Counted from the whole stretch's first letter, positions 12,081-24,714 are shown. The stretch is 63,621 nt of DNA, filler included, from Reclinomonas americana ATCC 50394 (GCA_048213135.1; 9 parts of 4 records of this genome joined end to end with filler, not necessarily neighbours in it); one strand, 5' to 3'. The notes: generated by a model from the sequence alone, not told the origin. Numbers and translations: made by a program.

Positions 12081-15000
12081 TCACAGACCAGCGTCGCCAC
12101 TCGCACCACGACCACCGTCATTGATTGCGATAGCTACCGGCGGTGCTGGCACGTTGGTGGCAGTCGCTGCCCTCCTGGGCATTTTCCGAAACATATCGTC
12201 GAGATTGAGTTGCACCTGGCTCGGTCGCTTCCGAACCAACATCGATGGCCGCCGTCGAGTTGCCTGCGCCTCTGGAGACACGGGGATCGAGGGTGACACG
12301 GCTGCTGCTGCTGCTGCTGCTGCTGCGGCGGCGGCGGCGGCGGCGGTACTGCAACAGCCGACAGCAGTGGACGCGGTCGACACCACACCCTCGCACATGT
12401 CGTGATGACTGCCGTGCTGGCACGTGGAGGCTGAGCTGCTCTCGTCCATGTCTGCATCAGCACTGGTGGGACTCATCAGAGAGCCAATCGGCATTGCCGA
12501 ACTGTCATTGGCGATTGCCGGGGAGTACACCACATTCTCGCGGTGCGCAGACCAGGAAACCGGAGAGCCAGCAGTGCTGACAGAGAGCGGTGCAAAGCCA
12601 GCGCCAGTCGTTGCACTTGCACAAAAGGTTGATGATGACGACGACGACGACGACGACGATGGTGAAGGCAGAGGCGGCGGCAGTGACGACGACGATGCCG
12701 TCATCCGCGGCATGAACGCGGGCGGCGCAAACTGTGGCAGCGATTGCCGCGACGATGGTGACGATGACGGTGGTGGTGGCGGTGGTGGCGGTGGTGGTGG
12801 TGGAGGAGGTGGTGGTGGAGGAGGAGAAGAAGCACCAGCGGGCCCATGCGCTGTCGCTGCGTGGTGCGGCAAGCGACTGGCCGAGCTTGACGACCGTGCC
12901 GAGCGCAAAGGTGGCGCCTGCAGGACGAGCGCAGGTGGTACTGGAGAGACGACGCGCGACTGTGGACTAACAAGCTCGGCACTGGAGCGAGCCATGCGAG
13001 CCACATGTTCGCGAAGGACAGTGACAACCGCGCTCTGCATTTTGCTGACGGCGTAGTCGAGCGGTGTTCCGCCCTCCAGACAGCGAGCGTAGACATTAGC
13101 ACCGCGTTGCAAAAGTGCTTGGACGCACTGACGTAGGATAAGAGGTGGTGAGCAAATGCACAGTNNNNNNNNNNNNNNNNNNNNNNNNNNNNNNNNNNNN
13201 NNNNNNNNNNNNNNNNNNNNNNNNNNNNNNNNNNNNNNNNNNNNNNNNNNNNNNNNNNNNNNNNNNNNNNNNNNNNNNNNNNNNNNNNNNNNNNNNNNNN
13301 NNNNNNNNNNNNNNNNNNNNNNNNNNNNNNNNNNNNNNNNNNNNNNNNNNNNNNNNNNNNNNNNNNNNNNNNNNNNNNNNNNNNNNNNNNNNNNNNNNNN
13401 NNNNNNNNNNNNNNNNNNNNNNNNNNNNNNNNNNNNNNNNNNNNNNNNNNNNNNNNNNNNNNNNNNNNNNNNNNNNNNNNNNNNNNNNNNNNNNNNNNNN
13501 NNNNNNNNNNNNNNNNNNNNNNNNNNNNNNNNNNNNNNNNNNNNNNNNNNNNNNNNNNNNNNNNNNNNNNNNNNNNNNNNNNNNNNNNNNNNNNNNNNNN
13601 NNNNNNNNNNNNNNNNNNNNNNNNNNNNNNNNNNNNNNNNNNNNNNNNNNNNNNNNNNNNNNNNNNNNNNNNNNNNNNNNNNNNNNNNNNNNNNNNNNNN
13701 NNNNNNNNNNNNNNNNNNNNNNNNNNNNNNNNNNNNNNNNNNNNNNNNNNNNNNNNNNNNNNNNNNNNNNNNNNNNNNNNNNNNNNNNNNNNNNNNNNNN
13801 NNNNNNNNNNNNNACCGTCAGTGGACACGTGGTATGCGTACAGCTACTGGTGCAGGCAGGCTCGGATATCATGGCTCGTGATGTGTACGGTCGCACGCCG
13901 CTGTACGATGCTTGTGAGTGCAAGCACTGTGCCTAGTTTTCCTGCCCTCGCGCTCACGTCTCTCTGTTCGTGGGGCGCTGCAGCAACATTCGGGCATCAC
14001 GACTGTGTGGCGTTGTTGTTGGAGGAGGTCGCAAGCAAGACGCCTGATCGGCTGGCGGAGCTGTTGGAGGCTCGTCATTTCGACTACTTGCACACGCCGC
14101 TGCAGCGGGCAGCGCATTTCGGCTTCACTGCGACACTCGAGTTGTTGCTCAAGTACGGTGCCGATGCCAATGCGCGCGACACGCGGTACCGGCAGCCTCT
14201 GCACAACGCCGCCGGTTTTGGAAACTGCGACTGCCTGCGGTTACTGCTGGCCCGACCCGATGTGGACTGTGAAGCACGCGATATTAATGGCGTGACAGCA
14301 CTGTCGTTGGCGGCCAACAGGGACGTGTGGAGAATCTCTTGTTGTTGTTGCAAAGCGGTGCGGATATCCACACTCGCGACGATGTGGCGCTCACACCGTT
14401 GCATTTTGCCGCGTCCAATGGCCAGTTGGCGGTGAGCGACTCCTCTCCCTGTGTTCTGCCATTNNNNNNNNNNNNNNNNNNNNNNNNNNNNNNNNNNNNN
14501 NNNNNNNTTAATTAATTAANNNNNNNNNNNNNNNNNNNNNNNNNNNNNNNNNNNNNNNNNNNNGGTATCACAAGCAGAGTGAGTCGCCCAGGCCGACACA
14601 TGGGCATGATAACATGCACAGACACACACACACACCGTTCACAGGCCATGTGCAGTGCCGTGACGCCGTCCACACTTGTTCGCGTATCCAACAGCGCATG
14701 GTTCTCAATCAGTATGCTCAAGCATTCGCTCCTGCACGCAGAGAGAGAGACCGGTTGAGAACAAAACACAGAGAGAGAGAGAGCCAGTCGTCCGGAAAAT
14801 GAGCTGGGCCATGCCACATGCAAAAGTACAAGACGCTCAACGGCGAAGAGTGACAGAGAGGCACACAACGAGAGTGTGTGAGAGGGAGAGAGAGGGAGGG
14901 AGAAAGAGGAAGCGTGAGACAGTGTGATCTCCCGAGCTGCGACATGTGTCCGACGTAGAGTGACACGCGACAAAAAATGGTGTATGTTCCTCGACGATAA

Positions 15001-15400
15001 GCTCCGATGCGTGCGACAGTGAAAGAGAATCCACACACATACATACAACAGCAGTGAAGAGGCGTGGTGAGAGGCGTGGAGGTAGAGTGAGACAGAGAGA
15101 GAGAGCGCGTGAAATGCCAATTTCTCAATCATTGGGAATCGACTCTCTCTTGCGCACTCACACACACGCACCTTCCGTGACACGCCGCAAAGTGCAGTGG
15201 TGTTTCGCCGTTCTCGTTGGCGACATTGAGCAGCGAGCGCAGACGATCGCGTGGTGTGTGTTGCACGATCTCACGCAGCACATCGGGGTGATTGGCATAC
15301 ACCGCCGAGTGAACCACCGTGAACGCTTGCACTTGCAACGAGTGGTGTGCGTCGCGTAGCCGCTGCCCCATGGATGCTCTCACACAGCAAAGAAGAGAGA
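12081..15400 (-). CDS. Ankyrin-repeat protein with low-complexity Pro/Ser/Ala C-terminus; middle part lies on an apparently inverted contig
   Basis: Minus-strand ANK motifs NENGETPLHFAACHG (~15175-15220), DGVTALHMACE (~14637-14670) and GANVYARCLEGGTPLDYA (~13050-13105). Stop at 12081. Confidence 0.7.
13814..14431 (+). CDS. Ankyrin-repeat exons on a gap-flanked contig, probably the internal part of the 12081-15400 gene
   Basis: GRTPLYDA, HTPLQRAAHFG, QPLHNAAGFG, GVTALSLAA, LTPLHFAASNG. One-base frameshift in a G run at ~14320. Confidence 0.75.
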
Positions 15401-16832
15401 GGGCAGAGAGAAGAAGAAGGAGAGAGAGAGGCGCGTGCCGACTCCACCCCACAAACAACCACACGGGAAAAAGAGAAAAATCGCGCGCGATCAGCTCTCT
15501 CTGTTTGCAGGTCAGATTTTTGATTTGCGACGGACGTTTTGTCCGGGTTGTGTGGCGCGGTTGTTCCGAGAGGCTTGGTGAAAAAAACTTGAGGTCTCGT
15601 CCTCCTCCTCATCTGGTGCCTCCACCTGCAACCCGCACTCTGCATATATGCGAAGCAGGTTGAAATACAAATTTATCGCAGCGCGTGCGTCTGAATTCGA
15701 ACAAACGCGCACGCGCGGACGCACACGGCTGCATTCGCCACCACGCCGGGTGCATCCGCCTGGTGCATACCACCACCACCTGGAAGAGCTGCAGGTGGGA
15801 GGGGAGCATCCTGGCAGAAGAAAATGTCGTTCGGTAAAAACTGGATGTTCGGAGTGTGTCTTGAGCTTATGAACGTCGGACCCAACAAATGCACGTCTCG
15901 AGAAGGTGCGGATAGATGGATGGTGTGAAACGCCACGAGAGTAGAGTGTAGCGCACGTTCTTTTCGATGTGGAATGAATCATGCAGTCGAGCAGCTGCAG
16001 GGGAAAACCGCGCCTCGGCTTTCAAAGCGGTTGCAGCAACTTCGCGCCTTGACGCCCCGGAAGAAAGTCGCCCACTGATGAATTCGAAGGGGGGAGCAAC
16101 ACAACCGATCAGAGGCGCAAGTGGCCAGGTTCGAGCAGGAGCAGTGTGGTGCTCGGAACGTGCGCTGCGATACTGATCGCGATCGATCGCAATTTTTTTT
16201 GATATCGCTGCGCGATCGCAATCGCGTATCTCGAACTCAGCCGATGGTAGATCGGAGGATGCACACCTGCCGTACAAGGCTGGGGTCCGTACGTGTCACT
16301 CGTCAGGACCGCGTGCAACGGGAACTACCGGTACCGGCGATCGCTGCGGAATGAATGCAAATCAACGATCTCTGCATTCACGAGCATGATCTATCTCCGT
16401 TCGCGCTCTACACCGCACGTGCAAACCCTCTCCTCACCCACTCGCATGGATACAAGCCCCAAAATCCATCCATCGACTGATGCACTATCATCGATCATCT
16501 CATCAATGCTTTGGCGCGTTGTAACCTCGGTGTTCCGCAACACCGCGCCGTGCGTTCCACCCCTCGCTATGGTGGAACTCTCCTTCGTTGGACTCACACT
16601 CGTCTCCTCACACAGTTCGGCGCCGGTGTCGCCCTCCACTGGCGTGATCATGCAGGTGACGTACAGATGAGGAAAAGGTTCCTTCGCTCCTCTCTCTTTC
16701 TCCCTCTCTCTCTCTCTNNNNNNNNNNNNNNNNNNNNNNNNNNNNNNNNNNNNNNNNNNNNTTAATTAATTAANNNNNNNNNNNNNNNNNNNNNNNNNNN
16801 NNNNNNNNNNNNNNNNNCCGCCGACGAGGCAA

Positions 16833-17392
16833 TCACACCCATTTCGTGCTCGTGGCCTCCTCGGCCTCCTCGGCTTCGCCGGCCGCGGAGAGCGCCTCAA
16901 ACACGGCCAATCGGGTGCGGCCGTCGGCGAGGCATCGCCGCAGAATCGTCGGTTCGGGATCCACACGCTCGCCCGATCCCGTGGTGGCATGGCAAAAGTA
17001 GCATCGACTGTGTGCGGGGGGGCGGAGGAACCAATAAGTACCGGAACAAGCGGAAGAGCAAGCATGGCATCTTTCTGACAGTGACGCAACTCGCCAAAGT
17101 AGCAGGCGCCGTCTCGCCAGAAAAAGTTGCAGGGTGTCGTCTGTGTGCGATTCGCAAGTGTGTCAGTTGAATGGACACACACGTGGACTCCGATAGAAAG
17201 AGTCGAGATTTGAGTGGAGCTCACACACAGAATAATTCCAACTTGACGCAAACCGCATTTGGCAATTACAAGTTGGAATTCTCTCTCTCTCTCTCACTTC
17301 CCCTCCGCACACAAACGCACCTTGAACTTTGCGGGCAACTGGGCCGTGCGCAGCTCCGCCGGGTCATGCGCAAACGAGCACGCCGAACCAAA
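16833..17392 (-). CDS. TIS11/ZFP36 (tristetraprolin)-family tandem CCCH zinc-finger RNA-binding protein, 3' part
   Basis: Spliced: FGSACSFAHDPAELRTAQLPAKFK|TTPCNFFWRDGACYFGD|RCYFCH, i.e. C-x8-C-x5-C-x3-H with a KFKT lead-in. C-terminal RTRLAVFEALS. TGA at 16833-16835. The 5' part is in the N-gap. Confidence 0.8.
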
Positions 17393-18200
17393 CTAAAAAC
17401 ACGACAAGTGTCAGAGAACAAACAAACAAACAAACCCAAAAATAAGCATCAAACAACAAATGTGGGGGTGTTGCGTTGTGCGTGGTGTGGGGTCAATAAT
17501 ANNNNNNNNNNNNNNNNNNNNNNNNNNNNNNNNNNNNNNNNNNNNNNNNNNNNNNNNNNNNNNNNNNNNNNNNNNNNNNNNNNNNNNNNNNNNNNNNNNN
17601 NNNNNNNNNNNNNNNNNNNNNNNNNNNNNNNNNNNNNNNNNNNNNNNNNNNNNNNNNNNNNNNNNNNNNNNNNNNNNNNNNNNNNNNNNNNNNNNNNNNN
17701 NNNNNNNNNNNNNNNNNNNNNNNNNNNNNNNNNNNNNNNNNNNNNNNNNNNNNNNNNNNNNNNNNNNNNNNNNNNNNNNNNNNNNNNNNNNNNNNNNNNN
17801 NNNNNNNNNNNNNNNNNNNNNNNNNNNNNNNNNNNNNNNNNNNNNNNNNNNNNNNNNNNNNNNNNNNNNNNNNNNNNNNNNNNNNNNNNNNNNNNNNNNN
17901 NNNNNNNNNNNNNNNNNNNNNNNNNNNNNNNNNNNNNNNNNNNNNNNNNNNNNNNNNNNNNNNNNNNNNNNNNNNNNNNNNNNNNNNNNNNNNNNNNNNN
18001 NNNNNNNNNNNNNNNNNNNNNNNNNNNNNNNNNNNNNNNNNNNNNNNNNNNNNNNNNNNNNNNNNNNNNNNNNNNNNNNNNNNNNNNNNNNNNNNNNNNN
18101 NNNNNNNNNNNNNNNNNNNNNNNNNNNNNNNNNNNNNNNNNNNNNNNNNNNNNNNNNNNNNNNNNNNNNNNNNNNNNNNNNNNNNNNNNNNNNNNNNNNN

Positions 18201-18583
18201 CCGACAGCGTGCTGGTCGAGGAAGAGGAGGAGGAGGAGGAAGACGCTGATGCAGTCGGAGTCCACGATCTGAGCGACGACACGGATCACGAAGACGAGGT
18301 TGATTCTCTCGTTGTGGTGCGCTCGGCGTCCTCGTCACCCTCGGCCACCTCGGCTGCCGGCGCCGCCTCTCGCTCCACTTCGGATCTCATCAAGGAGGCT
18401 CTGAAGAAGCGTCAACGCGAGGTATGATTCTTTTGTGTTGTTGTTGTTGTGCCAATCAGAGTGTCTCACTTCTTTCCCTCGCAGCTGCAGGAGCAACAGG
18501 AGCGTCGAACGGTGACTGGCTGCCGGTCGCGCAAGGCTGCTACTGCGGTGGCGCCTGTCGTGGACCAGGCACGCTTCGCCTAA
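18201..18583 (+). CDS. 3' fragment of a hypothetical acidic/coiled-coil protein
   Basis: EEEEEEEEDAD...DLIKEALKKRQRE, intron gtatga..cag (18422-18484), then LQEQQERR...ARFA and TAA at 18581-18583. Confidence 0.45.
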
Positions 18584-19757
18584 ACATCCTGACCGACGGC
18601 ATTGTCGGCCAGGCCTCTTTTTTTTCCCCCGCGCTCTGTATTTATGTTGATCCGAGGCGTGGCGGTGGTGACTGGAGGAGGAGTAGGAGCTCCTCTTTTG
18701 TGTGTCTGTGTTGCGTGTGTGTGCTGCACTACGACGCGCCTCGTATGTGATCTAGTGAGAGGCGCCTTGTGCATGCACACACGTGCACACACTCTGTCAC
18801 CTGCCGCCGGTCTCGTAATTGTTCTCAATAGTCTTGCCTGTGTGTGTTTTTTTCTTCTCCATTGTCACGGCCGGCCTCGGCGGCCCTATCCTTCACCCCG
18901 TGCTGTCGTTCCGAGGTGCACCGTCCGTTTGTGTCGGGCCGGTGCACCGTTTCTATTCGGCGATGGACGCGTGGGTGCGAGGAGGGGCTGTGAGGCCGGT
19001 TCTGCTGTGCGACTTGTGTACTCTTTGTGTGTAGTTAGAAATCGATAATATGTGTCATGTTCCTCCGCTGGCGTCGCCCACAAGATGTCGTGGGTGACGA
19101 GTAGTAATGCGAGAGAGGTTTTGGAGAGGAGAGGAGAGGAGTGAGAGAGAGATCGAGTGCTTATTGTTGATTTTGCTCGCCACTTTCTCGCTCTTTTTTT
19201 GCCTCTCCTTTTCCTCCTCCTCTTCTTCTTCTTCGGAGGACGCGAGGGTGGAGTGTGGGGTGTGGGAGTCTACCGTACCGTGACTCGGCGTGCTGGAAAT
19301 ATGTGCCGCCGAGAGTGTCGGGACTTCTCTCTCCACCTCCTCCCCTCGGAAAAAAGAACCATTCAGTGAAATTCTTCAATGTGTTTGCACACACTCGTCG
19401 CGTGTTCCCTCGCCGCGCCACAGCAATCCTCGTGACGATGTTGCTTCTTGTCAGAGACGAGTGTCGTCGGCCAGCACTTGTTGTTGTCGTCGTCGTCATG
19501 CACACCACCGCGGNNNNNNNNNNNNNNNNNNNNNNNNNNNNNNNNNNNNNNNNNNNNNNNNNNNNNNNNNNNNNNNNNNNNNNNNNNNNNNNNNNNNNNN
19601 NNNNNNNNNNNNNNNNNNNNNNNNNNNNNNNNNNNNNNNNNNNNNNNNNNNNNNNNNNNNNNNNNNNNNNNNNNNNNNNNNNNNNNNNNNNNNNNNNNNN
19701 NNNNNNNNNNNNNNNNNNNNNNNNNNNNNNNNNNNNNNNNNNNNNNNNNNNNNNNNN

Positions 19758-20048
19758 ACAGAAGCCGACGCTCGGTTGCAGATGGCCCGAGAGTTGGTCA
19801 GGAGGACGGTCGATCGCATTCTGGAGTTTGTGTGCGCCAACAAGAATCACCTGCCACAACTAAAGGAGGACAAGGCGTGCTTCCCGTTCGAGGTCAGTGG
19901 TCGTGGGGCTGTTCGTGTCACTTGAATGTCGCAGAGTTCTCACTGCGGAGAGGGGATGCTGTTCCGCGTTTAGATTCGCGTGGGCGACCAGAGGGAAGGC
20001 CTGCTGCCGCGCGTCTTTGACATGTTTTTGCGACGCAATCCCGTCTAG
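19758..20048 (+). CDS. ATG101: ATG101-like autophagy HORMA protein, C-terminal exons
   Basis: Spliced RILEFVCANKNHLPQLKEDKACFPFE|IRVGDQREGLLPRVFDMFLRRNPV* resembles, from recall, the plant-type ATG101 C-terminus (I.FVN.KK.H.P....PFEI....DMF). Intron 19893-19973, TAG at 20046-20048. N-terminal exons were not resolved. Confidence 0.55.
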
Positions 20049-20302
20049 CGACCGTGACCGAAACTTGTCTGTACAGTACAATTCTGTGTATGCATGAAAT
20101 AGATCTACAGGTATTGCACGGTGGCAAGTCACAGCTTGGCGGCGGCGGCTGCGGTCTCCCCAGTGTCGCCTGCGCCGTCGCGATCGAGATCCAAACTTGA
20201 CTGTACAGTACATTGCGCGTTAGGTACACACGCGTAGATCTCTAGCACGGTGGCAAGTCACAGCTTGGCGGCTGCTGCGGTCTCCCCAGTGTCGCCTGCG
20301 CC
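20049..20302. repeat. Imperfect tandem duplication (~130 bp x2) covering the FSH1-like gene's last codons and 3' flank
   Basis: aaacttg.ctgtacagtaca...tagatct...gcacggtggcaagtcacagcttggcgg...gcggtctccccagtgtcgcctgcgcc occurs at ~20061-20176 and ~20193-20302. Confidence 0.9.
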
Positions 20303-20761
20303 ACTGCCACTCGCGGCCTCTTCTCGTATCGGCAGTTGATCCTCCGGTGGTACGAACTGAGCAACGCGAGTGAGAGGGTGTGAGATAGGGTGTGCACGAC
20401 GACGACGACTCACTTGGTTGAGGAAGCGAACGAAATGCTTGACATCTTCACGGCCGGAGGGGATGTAGTGACCGCCTTGATGTCTGAATAGCTGAGCTCC
20501 GACAAACGAGGCTGTGTGGTGATTGACATGCACGAGAGGTGAGTGCCTTTGCCGACATGAATACGCTCGCCGCGCACTTGCCTGCCAGCAGCGCGGAGCG
20601 TTCGGGTGAAATCGTTGTGTCGGTCTCGCCAGTGACATGCAACGACGGAATGTCGATGGGAGCCACCGGTGGATCGTCTCCGTCAGGCACAGAGGCTGCG
20701 ACGGGGGGCGACGTACAGAGGCATGTGAGCCGCAACATGCACGCTGCGCGACGCAGGACTT

Positions 20762-20809
<48 letters not shown>

Positions 20810-21255
20810 GATCAAACAAGTGTTTCAAGTCGTCGGCGCGTGGCGTAAACGCCGATGCAATAATGGCAAAACGCAGACGTGTCAGCGGGCTGTCGATGCC
20901 ACGACGCATGCGACGCACGCGGAATGCACACAGAAGCGCCGTCAGTGCAGCGCCCTGCGAGAAGCCGAGAATGCCATCGAACGGTCCCTGCATGCCAACA
21001 TGGAATGAGTTGTCTGCTGCTGCGATACAAAATGCAGAAGCGCTGGCGACGCACATGATCGCGCATGTAATCCTCGACATGCGTCACTGTGCTCTCGATG
21101 GACTCGTACACGCGCCCCTCCGAGTGCACAATGAACCAGGTGCGCCGATCACTCAGCACCTGCGTGGAACCATCTTCTCGTGCCACCTCGAACGGATCGA
21201 GAGCGTATGTTCCATCCAAGAATTCTGTGTGGGTGCGTGTGAGTGCCAGGGTCCA

Positions 21256-21295
<40 letters not shown>

Positions 21296-21500
21296 CTATA
21301 TAGCGTACGTACCGAGCTCGGCGAGCTTGCGGAGTGCCTCGCGGAGAGCTCCGGTGCGCGCACGAAAGGAAGCCGCATTCTGTCGGAAGCCTGCGTGTGC
21401 ACGAGGGGAGATGCAGCGTGTGAGCATCAGAGAGGGCCAGTAGTACGGAAGGAGTAGTGTGGAGCGTACCATGCAGACAGAGGATTCGCAGAGGCGGCAT
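20258..21500 (-). CDS. FSH1/OVCA2-family serine hydrolase with C-terminal PTS1-type tripeptide AKL
   Basis: LRILCLHG, GPFDGILGFSQGAA (nucleophile elbow), IPSLHVTGETD and HQGGHYIP motifs across exons. Ends ETAAAAKL*. Confidence 0.9.
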
Positions 21501-21628
21501 GATGAAAGACTCTCTCGCTATCTCAAGTCCGCTCGCCGATATCAACTCCGTCCAAACAAGACAAGCAAAGGTATTCATTGAGATAGTAAACAACGGCATT
21601 GTGGTATAAGACTCGTGGCTTCTCCTTC

Positions 21629-23301
21629 CTACACCTTCGGCACCGAGGCACCTGCGCTGCGAGTGTGAGCATCACACTTCCCGATCGGGGCCGCGCCAGC
21701 ACTGCCTCTCACCAAATGCCGGGTACGCCGAAGGAGCCATCACTGGGGCCGACGGAAGCGGTGCGTAGCCGGCTGGAAGGGGCATGCCATTTGGCGCAGT
21801 GGCATGCGCACGCGCGGGCACGACTCCAGAGGCGCCGTACGGAGGCGGCGGGGCGTACAGGGGCACTTGGTGCGCGTGATGATGCGGCTCGTGCTGTGGC
21901 ACCATGGCCATCTGGCCCGCTTCCGGGAAACCGTACATGTATCCCACCGGCTGCCGCACGGCAATGTTTAGAAGTAGCAGCGGCAGGCGACAACACGTAA
22001 CACACGCAAGGGGAGACGAGCAATAACCTGCTGCACCTGTGGAGAGGGGGAAAAGTGAGCATGGAAACCCCGGCAGAGGCCTTGGTACGGAAACACAAAC
22101 CACAATGAGCGTCGGCTGAGCATCACGTGCGGCGACGAGCTCGCGCACACGCTTTTTCTGTGAGTGACAGCGACGACAACATGAGCGACTTGGCCGTTTG
22201 CATATGATTCACCAGACACTACCCACCTTGATCTCGCGGGCCAGCTACTCCACCGAGTGAACATACGAGTGAGATGGCCACAGTGCCTGAAGCTAGAAAA
22301 GGAGCAACGATCCTTTGACGCACCTGGCATGTGCTGCACGGCTGCCACGCGAGAAGGAGGTCAGCACACAGACATGCCTCGACAGTATAAAAGAATGTGC
22401 TGCACTCACCCAGCACCAACAAGCAATGCAGCAGTCGCCTGCCACAACGACAGTTAGCCACACGCCAAAAAAAACAACACAATGAAAGAGCACGGAGAAC
22501 ATCGTCACACCAACAGAATCCTCTTGATCTGCGTGGAACAAGGACGGTGAGGGGATCAGGCAGACTGTGCGTGAAGTGCGACAGCAGTCCAATGAACGCA
22601 ACAGTTCAGCACACGGCGCAGCTTCTGCCGGTTCACATAATCGAAGAACGTGTGTGCAATGCCACCAACCTGCAACAAAAAAATAGTCAGTTGCACTTGG
22701 GCCAACTGAATGCTGCCACGTGGCTAGGCGACGCAACGAGGTACGGGGCGATGCACACCAAGCTGGCGCGTAGCAAAAGAAGTCAGCACAGTGGAAGCAG
22801 CAAAGCACAGAGGCGACTCAACATGTCCATGTCCTCCTGGAAGATGATGACATTGTGAGCGAGAGAGAGAGAGAGAGAATACAAACGCGCGCGCACACCC
22901 ACACCTTGCCAGCAAGCCAACCCGTGTTTTGTGCCTGTGTAGGAGAGCGACATACCATCAAGTGAGAGACACGCCACACACAAAGAAAGAAAGTGCGTCG
23001 ATTCGTGCCTGCTGGATGCCGGGGCACCAAAAGGTCATGCAGCACGACTGCGTGCGTGCGTGTGCAAGTCAGTACCACACACGTACACAGCGGGCGGTGA
23101 CAGCCAACGCAACAGGCATGTCGTCGAAGCAGCCAAACAAGCCTGTGTCGCAAGTGAGTGAGCCGCAGTGTGCGCTTCAACGGAGACACACGCGCCCAGC
23201 GTACCTTCTTCAATGGTGCCAGTCGGCGGTCCACGAGGCTGCTGCTGCACAATCATGGGCATGGTGCCCATGTGGACGGCTTGTGCGTACGCGTCGGCCA
23301 T
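21629..23301 (-). CDS. PLAC8-family Cys-rich protein encoded by ~15 small exons
   Basis: Spliced: GLFGCFDDMP|SCCMTFWCPGIQQ|AQNTGWLAGK|EDMDI|LVCIAPYL|VGGIAHTFFDYVNRQKLRRVLN|YQEDSVG|DCCIACWCW|PCSTCQ|LAREIK, then a Pro/Tyr/Gln-rich tail. Confidence 0.85.
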
Positions 23302-24432
23302 CCCAAACGATGAAGGAAGGACGGGATGATGAAGGACAGAGGAAGAACGTCGATGACGGAGCTTCGCTCTGCCTCGTCTTCCTCCTCGGTTTCATGCCAA
23401 GGGTCCAAGTGGAAGGGCAGGCGTCACAGAACCCACAAAAGTTGTCGCTCGGGGGTGCGGCACGGCGCACGAGGCTCCTCCTTTTGGGGTTGAGTTGCCG
23501 CTCGGGTATGATACCAAGGCGTGTCGATGATCTGCCCCTCCTCTCTCTCTCTCTCNNNNNNNNNNNNNNNNNNNNNNNNNNNNNNNNNNNNNNNNNNNNN
23601 NNNNNNNNNNNNNNNNNNNNNNNNNNNNNNNNNNNNNNNNNNNNNNNNNNNNNNNNNNNNNNNNNNNNNNNNNNNNNNNNNNNNNNNNNNNNNNNNNNNN
23701 NNNNNNNNNNNNNNNNNNNNNNNNNNNNNNNNNNNNNNNNNNNNNNNNNNNNNNNNNNNNNNNNNNNNNNNNNNNNNNNNNNNNNNNNNNNNNNNNNNNN
23801 NNNNNNNNNNNNNNNNNNNNNNNNNNNNNNNNNNNNNNNNNNNNNNNNNNNNNNNNNNNNNNNNNNNNNNNNNNNNNNNNNNNNNNNNNNNNNNNNNNNN
23901 NNNNNNNNNNNNNNNNNNNNNNNNNNNNNNNNNNNNNNNNNNNNNNNNNNNNNNNNNNNNNNNNNNNNNNNNNNNNNNNNNNNNNNNNNNNNNNNNNNNN
24001 NNNNNNNNNNNNNNNNNNNNNNNNNNNNNNNNNNNNNNNNNNNNNNNNNNNNNNNNNNNNNNNNNNNNNNNNNNNNNNNNNNNNNNNNNNNNNNNNNNNN
24101 NNNNNNNNNNNNNNNNNNNNNNNNNNNNNNNNNNNNNNNNNNNNNNNNNNNNNNNNNNNNNNNNNNNNNNNNNNNNNNNNNNNNNNNNNNNNNNNNNNNN
24201 NNNNNNNNNNNNNNNNNNNNNNNNNNNNNNNNNNNNNNNNNNNNNNNNNNNNNNNNNNNNNNNNNNNNNNNNNNNNNNNNNNNNNNNNNNNNNNNNNNNN
24301 NNNNNNNNNNNNNNNNNNNNNNNNNNNNNNNNNNNNNNNNNNNNNNNNNNNNNNNNNNNNNNNNNNNNNNNNNNNNNNNNNNNNNNNNNNNNNNNNNNNN
24401 NNNNNNNNNNNNNNNNNNNNNNNNNNNNNNNN

Positions 24433-24679
<247 letters not shown>

Positions 24680-24714
24680 CCCACGAAGTAGAACAGAAGT
24701 TATTCATTAACATA

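Noticed and set aside
14316-14326. Frameshift in an ankyrin exon (programmed frameshift or pseudogene?)
   Set aside because: One extra G in the AGGG run restores AANRGRVENL. This is a typical homopolymer error.
13814-14463. Ankyrin exons on the opposite strand to the rest of the gene (trans-splicing or scrambled gene?)
   Set aside because: The segment is bounded by N-gaps on both sides, so contig mis-orientation is simpler. Long reads would settle it.
16293-16670. Short ORFs on both strands in the intergenic region
   Set aside because: No recognisable motif or convincing exon chain.
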